DNA of 62,059 nucleotides from Akkermansia sp. Its GTDB lineage: Bacteria; Verrucomicrobiota; Verrucomicrobiia; Limisphaerales; SIBH01. Positions 7,597-14,429 of the stretch are shown one piece after another (position 1 is the stretch's first letter; every line of letters begins with the position of its first letter). Under the pieces are notes generated by a model. That model saw only the letters and a list, made by a program, of their open reading frames with translations. It was not told where the DNA came from and did not search any database. The translations under genes were made by a program, and so were the position numbers. The stretch lies in the NCBI GenBank assembly GCA_043758205.1, contig JAYVNY010000111.1:1-62059 (forward strand). The letters run 5' to 3'.

Positions 7597-8565
7597 ATGA
7601 GCGCACCGATTCTTTCCCTCCTGTTGCTGGTCGTGAGCTGCTTCAGCCTCGCGACGTGGGTGGGGCCGCGTTTTGATGCCAGTCAGTCGCGGCGCGGGGC
7701 GGGGCAGGGTGTGATGGGGACCATGCTGGGCGACAGCCGGAAGCTCTTCGCGGATCATTTCTTCACGCGTTCAGACGTGTATTTCCACAGCGGCTACTAC
7801 CCGAGCATTTTTGATCAGGGCAAAGTGAAGGAAAACCACCTGGCGGCGGGCGCAAAGGAGGAGAAGTGCGAGCACAACCACGCGCACGAAGGACCGTGCG
7901 AGCATGACCACGGTCACAAGGCCACCCAGCCGGAGTCGAGGGCTGAGAAGCACGGCGAGGGGGAACATGTGCATGGCGAGCATTGCAATCATGGCGAGGA
8001 GGAGCATGACTTTCTCGGCAAACCCAAGGACTACTTTGACGGCTTCTCCCGGAACTTTTTCGTCTCGAAGCACACGCACCTGACCGACAAAGGCACGAAC
8101 GCGGCCAAGGAAATTCTCCCGTGGATCAAACTGGCCGCGCAGCTCGACCCGAACAAAATCGAGAGCTACACCGTGGGCGCGTTCTGGCTGCGTGATTTGC
8201 AGCGCGACGCCGAGGCCGAACAATTTCTGCGCGAAGGGTTGCGCCAAAACCCCGACAGCTACGAAATCTTGCTGGAACTGGGGCGTGGCTACGTGGCCGG
8301 GCGCGATTACGTGCGCGCACGCAACGTCCTCGAGCTGGGTTTCCGTCACTGGCGCGAGCAGGAGAACGGCAAGCCCGGCGACCAGCAGAACATTTTTGCC
8401 GCGTTGCAACTCTTGAACAACCTCGCGGTCGTGGAAGACCGCTCGGGCCAGCCTGAAAAGGCGGTTGCCTGGCTGCAACTGACGCGGAAAGCCTCGCCGC
8501 ATCCGGAGGAAATTGACAAGCGCATCGCCGAGGTGCGCGCGGGGAAATCGCTGGAGGCGCAGTAG
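7597..8565 (+). CDS. Membrane-anchored TPR-repeat protein with a His/Cys-rich segment
   Basis: There is an N-terminal TM helix (APILSLLLLVVSCFSLATWVG). A segment CEHNHAHEGPCEHDHGHK...HGEGEHVHGEHCNHGEEEHD follows. The C-terminal part is TPR-like helical repeats. The gene starts 11 nt after the permease stop. Confidence 0.7.
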   Translation: MSAPILSLLLLVVSCFSLATWVGPRFDASQSRRGAGQGVMGTMLGDSRKLFADHFFTRSDVYFHSGYYPSIFDQGKVKENHLAAGAKEEKCEHNHAHEGPCEHDHGHKATQPESRAEKHGEGEHVHGEHCNHGEEEHDFLGKPKDYFDGFSRNFFVSKHTHLTDKGTNAAKEILPWIKLAAQLDPNKIESYTVGAFWLRDLQRDAEAEQFLREGLRQNPDSYEILLELGRGYVAGRDYVRARNVLELGFRHWREQENGKPGDQQNIFAALQLLNNLAVVEDRSGQPEKAVAWLQLTRKASPHPEEIDKRIAEVRAGKSLEAQ

Positions 8566-8617
8566 GCAGCCGCTTTCCGCTTCCCGCCTTCCACTTTCCT
8601 CCCGTATAACGCGCCGC

Positions 8618-9541
8618 GTGTCCGGTTCGTTCCCCAAAACCATCTCCGCCGCCACGCGCTTTTGCGCGGTCTATGGGCATCCCGTAAAGCATTCCGCCTC
8701 GCCCGCGATGCAGAACGCCGGCCTCGCCGCACTTGGTCTCGACTGGCGTTACGTGGCGTTCGATGTTCACCCGGAAAATCTTCGCGCAGCCATCACCGGC
8801 GCGAAGGCGATGAAATTCATCGGCCTCAATCTCACCGTGCCGCACAAGTTGCTCGCACTCGACCTAGTGGACGTGCTGCATGAATCCGCCCGGCGCTGGG
8901 GCGCGGTGAACACGATTCGTTTCGAGGCCCGCGACGCCGCCGGTGCGTGGAAACCGTTGCATGAATTTACCGACGTGCCGGACGACATCCGCACGCATGG
9001 TTTCAACACCGATGCCGACGCCATTGCCTTGTCTATCCGTGAGGATTTGCAAATCGAGTTGCGCGGCGCGCGCGTGCTGCTGCTGGGCGCGGGCGGGGCG
9101 GGGCGCGCGGCGGCGCTCAAACTTGCGCACGAAGGCGTGGACGAACTGCATCTCGTCAACCGCACGCCGTCGAAGGCCGAGGAAGTCGCGCGCGACATCC
9201 GCCAGCAATGCCCCGACGTGCGCGTGAGCGTCGGCTACCCTGAGACGCCTGTGGAATTGCTGCTCAACGCCACCTCGCTCGGACTCAAGCCCGACGATTC
9301 TTTGCCGCTGGATGTGCAGGCGTTTCCCCTGCGCATGGTGGACGCCATTTACGACATGATTTATCGCCCGGCGGAAACACCGTTGCTGAAAGCTGGCAAG
9401 CTCGAAGGCTGCCGTGTGGCCAATGGTCTCGGCATGTTGCTGCACCAAGGCGCGAAGGCGCTCGAAATATGGAGCGGCCAGACCGCGCCGCTGGACGCGA
9501 TGCGGCGTGCGCTGGAAGAAAACGTCTATGGCGCGAAATAG
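8618..9541 (+). CDS. aroE: Shikimate dehydrogenase
   Basis: Seen: HSASPAMQNAGL, NLTVPHK, GFNTD and the GAGGAGRA Rossmann motif. The GTG start at 8618 gives 307 aa; the listed start 8513 overlaps the upstream gene. Confidence 0.9.
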   Translation: MSGSFPKTISAATRFCAVYGHPVKHSASPAMQNAGLAALGLDWRYVAFDVHPENLRAAITGAKAMKFIGLNLTVPHKLLALDLVDVLHESARRWGAVNTIRFEARDAAGAWKPLHEFTDVPDDIRTHGFNTDADAIALSIREDLQIELRGARVLLLGAGGAGRAAALKLAHEGVDELHLVNRTPSKAEEVARDIRQQCPDVRVSVGYPETPVELLLNATSLGLKPDDSLPLDVQAFPLRMVDAIYDMIYRPAETPLLKAGKLEGCRVANGLGMLLHQGAKALEIWSGQTAPLDAMRRALEENVYGAK

Positions 9542-9631
9542 TCGAGAGACGAAGGTCGAGGGTCGAGAGCCGGACGCGCCGCTCGCGTGCTGCTGGTGCT
9601 TCTTCTCGACTCTCGACCCTCGACCCTCGAC
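9541..9631. repeat. Inverted repeat built from tandem CCTCGAC heptamers (hairpin between aroE and pilD)
   Basis: The left arm is gtcgagagacgaaggtcgagggtcgagag. The right arm is ctcgactctcgaccctcgaccctcgac. The heptamer periodicity is visible by eye. Confidence 0.8.
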
Positions 9632-9642
9632 TTCCCCGAGCG

Positions 9643-10749
9643 ATGTTTGACCCCGCCATCTGGGCCAAAGTGCCTCCCCATTTCTGGTCCGTCGTTGTCT
9701 TCTGGTTTGGCTGCATGGTCGGCAGTTTTCTCAACGTGTGCATCCACCGGATGCCCATTGGTCAGAGCGTGGTGTCGCCGCCGTCTCATTGTCCGAACTG
9801 CAAATACTCAATCCCGTTTTACCTGAACGTCCCGCTCGTGACGTGGCTGACCTTGCGCGGCAAATGCGCCAACTGCCGCGAGCCGATCTCCATTCGTTAC
9901 TTCCTCGTCGAACTGCTCACGGGCCTGATGTTCCTCGCCTGCTGGGTGCTTTATGGAGGCGACTCCGCCGCCGTGGCGCTGGTGCTGTGCCTCGTGATGG
10001 CGGGCCTGATCACCGCCACGTTCATTGACCTCGCGCACTTCATCATCCCGGACGAAATCACCATCGGCGGCGCGGTGGCGGGATTTCTTTGCTCCTTCGC
10101 CGTCCCCGCACTGCACGCCACGACGAGTCGGTTTGAAAGTTTGAAGGTGAGTTTCATCGGCATCGTGGTTGGCGGAGTCATCATTGAAGCGGTGCGGCAA
10201 CTCGGCAAGCTGGCCTTCGGCAAAATGAAAGTTGCGCTCGACGGCCCGACGAAAGTTTTCTTCGGCGACACCGGCGTCGTGCTGCCGGACAAGGAAATGC
10301 CGTACGAAGATATTTTCTACCGCAAGTCCGACGCGATCCGCTTCCACGCCACGCGCCTTGAACTGGCCGACCGTTGCTACATCAACGCGGACGTCGCGCT
10401 CAGTCCGCTCAAGCTCAAGATTGGCGCGGATGAATTCCCGCCCGAGCAAAACCTCTACATGGAAGTCACGACGGACCAACTGGTGCTGCCGCGCGAGGCG
10501 ATGGGCTTTGGTGACGTGAAATTCATGGCCGCCATCGGCGCGTTCCTCGGCTGGCAGGCCACGGTGTTTTCCCTCGTGGTCAGCTCGTTCCTTGGCGCGA
10601 TTCTCGGCGGCGTCCTGATTGTCCTGAAACGCCACGAGCGGTCGAATCCCATTCCCTTCGGCCCTTACATCGCGGCGGCGGCGGCGATCTGGATTTTTGC
10701 CGGCCGCCCGATCATGAGCTGGTTCCACTCCTGGATCACCGGCGGCTGA
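9643..10749 (+). CDS. pilD: Prepilin peptidase (A24 family) with a large internal insertion
   Basis: Seen: N-terminal CPNC...CANC motif, FIDLAHFIIPDE and GFGDVKFMAAIGAFLGW aspartate boxes. The ATG at 9643 (MFDPAIW) gives 368 aa. Confidence 0.9.
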   Translation: MFDPAIWAKVPPHFWSVVVFWFGCMVGSFLNVCIHRMPIGQSVVSPPSHCPNCKYSIPFYLNVPLVTWLTLRGKCANCREPISIRYFLVELLTGLMFLACWVLYGGDSAAVALVLCLVMAGLITATFIDLAHFIIPDEITIGGAVAGFLCSFAVPALHATTSRFESLKVSFIGIVVGGVIIEAVRQLGKLAFGKMKVALDGPTKVFFGDTGVVLPDKEMPYEDIFYRKSDAIRFHATRLELADRCYINADVALSPLKLKIGADEFPPEQNLYMEVTTDQLVLPREAMGFGDVKFMAAIGAFLGWQATVFSLVVSSFLGAILGGVLIVLKRHERSNPIPFGPYIAAAAAIWIFAGRPIMSWFHSWITGG

Positions 10750-10856
10750 AGCGCGAGTTGCTTTTGAACTTCCGTTGAATTTCCTGCCCGCCTCTCAAGT
10801 CCATCTGCGCTGTAACCGATTGGTTTAACCAGTCATCCTTGAAGCCATTGGACAGC

Positions 10857-11606
10857 ATGAAACTGACACGCAAAACAAATTCACGGCGCGCGCCCGGCGC
10901 GTTCACGCTCATCGAGCTGCTCGTCGTTATCGCCATCATCGCAATTCTCGCGAGCCTGCTACTGCCCGCTCTCGCCAAGGCCAAGGAGTCCGCCAAGCGC
11001 ATTCAGTGCGTGAACGGGATGCGCCAGCTCGGCATGTCGGTGATGATGTATGCGGACGAGCATGAAGGTTTTTATCCTGAGCGCGGCTTCAATTCGACCA
11101 GTACAAGCAATTACTGGCCGTTGCTTTTACAGCCCTACTATGTGGAGACCAAGATTCTGTATTGCCCAAGTGACGTGCCGAATCCGCCGAACTTCGGAGC
11201 CAGCGGACCCTTGTCAAACTTCGCCGCGCTCGCCGCCAAGCGCAGCTATCTGTTCAACGGCTTCAACGATTACTTCCGCGCTCAACCCTCCGGTAGCGTG
11301 GAAACAAAAGTCCCCGAAAGCGCCGTGCTCGAATCCAGCGAAACCATTCTGTTCGGCGAGAAAGACAGCGGCGATGGCACGCCCGCCAATCCCGGCTCCG
11401 GCCACTGGTGGATGGATTACTGGTCCGGTGATGACTACAAGGAACTCGCCCAGACGCGCCATGGCCGCACGGCGCGGGACTCCGGCACGTCCACTTACGC
11501 CTTCGCCGATGGCAGTGCGCGCAATCTCCGCTTCGGCCAGTCGCTGGGGCCGCTTAACCTGTGGTTTCTGAAAGCGGAAGACCGGCAGTTGGGCACGTCG
11601 CTTTGA
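10857..11606 (+). CDS. Prepilin-type N-terminal cleavage/methylation domain protein (pseudopilin, DUF1559/HX9DG type)
   Basis: Seen: [31 protein letters not shown] leader/helix and a C-terminal H-x9-DG-like [23 protein letters not shown]. The ATG at 10857 is preferred over the listed TTG at 10839. Confidence 0.85.
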   Translation: MKLTRKTNSRRAPGAFTLIELLVVIAIIAILASLLLPALAKAKESAKRIQCVNGMRQLGMSVMMYADEHEGFYPERGFNSTSTSNYWPLLLQPYYVETKILYCPSDVPNPPNFGASGPLSNFAALAAKRSYLFNGFNDYFRAQPSGSVETKVPESAVLESSETILFGEKDSGDGTPANPGSGHWWMDYWSGDDYKELAQTRHGRTARDSGTSTYAFADGSARNLRFGQSLGPLNLWFLKAEDRQLGTSL

Positions 11607-11622
11607 TACTGCCGGCGGAGAG

Positions 11623-12699
11623 CTACGCGCTTCCCGTCGCCACAGAATAAATCGGAGGGAGATTGTCCGCGACGAGTTGCCACGAATCGCCTTCGTCCGT
11701 CGTGCTGAACAGCTTGCCGGTGTTCGTGCCGAAATAAATCCCCGCCGGTGTGCCTGTGTCGCTGGCCATGCCTTCGCGATAGCTGGAGCAGAACGATTCG
11801 CCTTCCGGCAATCCTCGATTGAGCGCCTCCCATGTCGTGCCCGCGTCGCGGCTGCGGAAGACGCGCAGCTTGTTTTCCGGCGGGCAGCGGAATTCGCCGC
11901 CCTGGAGCGGCAGCACGTAGAGCGTCTTCGGATCGCGCGGGTGCAGCGCGAGCGGGAAGCCGAAGTCCGAGGGCAGCCCTTTCGTGATTTCCGTCCACGA
12001 AACGCCGCCGTCCTCGCTGCGATACACGCCGCAGTGATTTTGTTGGAACAAGGTTTTCCCATCCGCGCTCAACAGCAGCTTGTGAACGCACTGGCCTTGC
12101 TCAGGGTATTTGTCATCGCCGGGAACGAACTCGGCGCGCGTGCCGCGATTGGCCGTGACCCACGTCGCGCCGCCGTCCTCCGAACGAAAAACGCCAACGG
12201 CGGAAATGGCGACGAACAGCCTGCGTCGCTGACGCTCATCCACGACAATTGAATGCAGGCACAGCCCGCCCGCGCCCGGATGCCAGTGCGCGCGCGACGG
12301 ATGCGCGGTGAGTCCGGCGACTTCACGCCAGGTCTGGCCACCATCCTCGGTGCGAAACAACGCTGCCGGCGCGACGCCGGCGTAAAGCACGTTGGGTTCA
12401 CTCGCCAGTCCCGCTTCGAGATGCCAGAGCCGTTCGAGCTTGAGACCGGAATCTTCCGCGAACGCAGGATTCAAATCCGCGCCCGTCCACGTCTCGCCGA
12501 GATCGGACGAACGCATGATCTCGCAGCCGAACCATGCGTCGTTGGCCGTGGCGAAAATCTGCTTCGTGCGTGCATCGTAAATGGCGTGGTTGATTTCCTT
12601 GCCGCGCAGGAACGGCCCGCGCATCCGCCACGCGCGGCGGTCGTCGCTGGTGAAGATGAACAAACCTTTTTTGGTTCCGGCCAGCAGAAGTGTGGGCAT
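11623..12699 (-). CDS. BNR/Asp-box repeat beta-propeller protein (sialidase/GH74/Ycf48-like fold)
   Basis: Six Asp-box motifs S/T-x-D-x-G-x-T/S-W are present: SSDLGETW, TEDGGQTW, SEDGGATW, SEDGGVSW, SRDAGTTW, TTDEGDSW. The start is taken at MPTLLLAGTKKG (12699). Confidence 0.8.
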   Translation of the reverse strand: MPTLLLAGTKKGLFIFTSDDRRAWRMRGPFLRGKEINHAIYDARTKQIFATANDAWFGCEIMRSSDLGETWTGADLNPAFAEDSGLKLERLWHLEAGLASEPNVLYAGVAPAALFRTEDGGQTWREVAGLTAHPSRAHWHPGAGGLCLHSIVVDERQRRRLFVAISAVGVFRSEDGGATWVTANRGTRAEFVPGDDKYPEQGQCVHKLLLSADGKTLFQQNHCGVYRSEDGGVSWTEITKGLPSDFGFPLALHPRDPKTLYVLPLQGGEFRCPPENKLRVFRSRDAGTTWEALNRGLPEGESFCSSYREGMASDTGTPAGIYFGTNTGKLFSTTDEGDSWQLVADNLPPIYSVATGSA

Positions 12700-12819
12700 G
12701 GCCAGTTTCGTAGCGGAAGGAGTCCTACGTTGCAAGCCGATGGAAGCTGGCCGGAGCGCCGAGTATTGCTCGGCAGGGCGCGGACGAAACTTCCCAGCCG
12801 AGCGATGCTCGACGCTCTG

Positions 12820-13326
12820 CTAGCCGGTGCGCAGCGTGTTCCAGAGCACGCCCACGATGAAGAGCACGATCATCGAGAGGCAGCAGAAGAATTTGCCGAC
12901 GGCCCCGGCGAACAAGCCGAGCGTCGCGCCAACGCCGGCTTTCGCGGAAGGTTTCCACTCGCGCCCGCCCATGACCTCGAACAGCGTCGCGCCGATGAAC
13001 GGGCCAAGGATGATTCCCGGCAGATTGAAGAACAGTCCCACGATGCCACCGGCGACGGCTCCGAACATTCCTTTCTTCGTCGCGCCGAAGCGTTTCGCGC
13101 CGTAGAGCGTGGCGAGATAATCCATGACCAGCGCCAGCGCGGTGATGAGGACCATCAGCGTCAGCACGAGCCAACCGGCGCTCGCGGATTTGAAATACAG
13201 CTTGTGCGCGATGGCGGCGATGAGCACGAGTGGTGTACTCGGCAACGCGGGCAGCACGCTGCCCAGGCAGCCCATCGCCATGAGGAACAGCGCGAGAGCC
13301 AAGCCGATGGTTTGTTCAGGAGTCAT
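12820..13326 (-). CDS. DUF456 family membrane protein
   Basis: The product has four hydrophobic helices plus YGAKRFGATKKG and GPFIGA motifs typical of DUF456. The start is at MTPEQTIG (13326) or 13350. Confidence 0.7.
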   Translation of the reverse strand: MTPEQTIGLALALFLMAMGCLGSVLPALPSTPLVLIAAIAHKLYFKSASAGWLVLTLMVLITALALVMDYLATLYGAKRFGATKKGMFGAVAGGIVGLFFNLPGIILGPFIGATLFEVMGGREWKPSAKAGVGATLGLFAGAVGKFFCCLSMIVLFIVGVLWNTLRTG

Positions 13327-13337
13327 GGGGAGGAAAA

Positions 13338-13479
13338 TTCCAAAGTCCAAAAATCAAATCCAAACAAACCCCAAAGGCCAAGTTCCAAACGGGATCGCCC
13401 CGCCGGGTGGTGATGGAACGTTTGAAAAAAGCGCCATTGAAATTTGATTCTTGGAGCTTGTTTGGAATTTGGAATTTGG
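13338..13479. repeat. Inverted-repeat element built from ccaaa(g/t)tccaaa units, abutting the stop codon of the LolA-like gene
   Basis: ttccaaagtccaaaaatcaaatccaaa (13338-13364) faces gtttggaatttggaatttgg (13460-13479). A related copy (23 of 27 nt) forms the 3' end of the hydrolase CDS at 4959-4986. Confidence 0.7.
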
Positions 13480-14163
13480 TCACGGCTTCTTCATCGGCTC
13501 CACGACTTTGAAATCCGCGTCAATGGCGGGCGCAAACAGCGCGTCCTCCAGCTTCGGATTCTTCCACGCGTTCGAGAATTCGTTCCGCATCGTCGAGCCG
13601 TCGCCGAAGCGCAGTTCCGTGGCGCGCAGCTGGAAATCATCCGCGCCAAAGGCGAGCGTGATTTGCGGCATCACGCGGCGGGTGGAGAACGACTTCGGTT
13701 GCAATGCCACGTAGTGAACATGGTTCGTCTGCCCGGTGGAGAGAACTTTGAACAGTTTCTCAATGTCCGCCTGGCTGCGGGGGAAACCGGCTTCGAGCAG
13801 TGCGAGCGTTTCCTTCCACTGGCCCATGCGTTCGCCGGTAAGCGGATATTTCTCCACGCGTTTCAGGCGGGGATAGAGGACGAGCAAGTCGTTCGTGTTG
13901 CGCACGGCGATGGTCTGCGCGGGCGTGCCCATCTCCCAGCGGAAACGCATCGGCGCGGCAAACCAGACGTGGCCGGTCGAGACGAGGGGTTGCGTGAGTG
14001 TTTTGAGGCGACGGGTTTGGGTCAACTCGGCGGACCAGCTTTGGAGATTGGTTTGTGCGGAAAGAAATTTTTGCAGAACCAGCGGCGTCTCGGCAGCGTG
14101 GGTGTGAGATGTTAGAAAAATGGCGAGCGACAACAAGCAGGTCGCCACAAGCGAGTAGGGCAA
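13480..14163 (-). CDS. LolA-like outer-membrane lipoprotein carrier/sorting protein
   Basis: Only the last ~225 codons of listed ORF 13480-15399 are protein-like (LQKFLSAQTNLQSWSAELTQTRRLK...FRWEMGTP...). A hydrophobic leader ATCLLSLAIFLTSHTHA precedes them. The start is uncertain: TTG 14163 or GTG 14148. Confidence 0.65.
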   Translation of the reverse strand: MPYSLVATCLLSLAIFLTSHTHAAETPLVLQKFLSAQTNLQSWSAELTQTRRLKTLTQPLVSTGHVWFAAPMRFRWEMGTPAQTIAVRNTNDLLVLYPRLKRVEKYPLTGERMGQWKETLALLEAGFPRSQADIEKLFKVLSTGQTNHVHYVALQPKSFSTRRVMPQITLAFGADDFQLRATELRFGDGSTMRNEFSNAWKNPKLEDALFAPAIDADFKVVEPMKKP

Positions 14164-14214
14164 AAATTTCCCGGAGTGGTTGCGGGGATAAGTTACGCGC
14201 TGGGTTTTGAATAG

Positions 14215-14350
14215 CCCACCCTCACCCCGGCCCTCTCCCTGAGGGAGAGGGAGAACGGCACCCAGCCTCACCACAACAGGACGCGCTTGGCTCGACGAGG
14301 GCTGGCTGACTTTCTCCCTCTCCCTCAGGGAGAGGGCCGGGGTGAGGGTG
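14215..14350. repeat. 136-bp palindromic element with 38-nt arms, each carrying ccctctccctgagggagaggg
   Basis: Arm 14215-14252 (cccaccctcaccccggccctctccctgagggagaggga) is the near-perfect reverse complement of arm 14313-14350. Confidence 0.9.
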
Positions 14351-14429
14351 AACGCGAATGAATCTTTCGCGTTCCATCCGCGTTTCATCCGCACTCCATG
14401 TCCGTCGTTTGAACCTTCGCCTGCTGCTT

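Noticed and set aside
9541-9631. CRISPR-like array from the regularly spaced tcgaccc/tcgaggg units (also 27455-27490, 43832-43861, 52629-52658)
   Set aside because: The units are 7-nt tandem repeats without spacers. The total length is under 100 nt and no cas genes are present.
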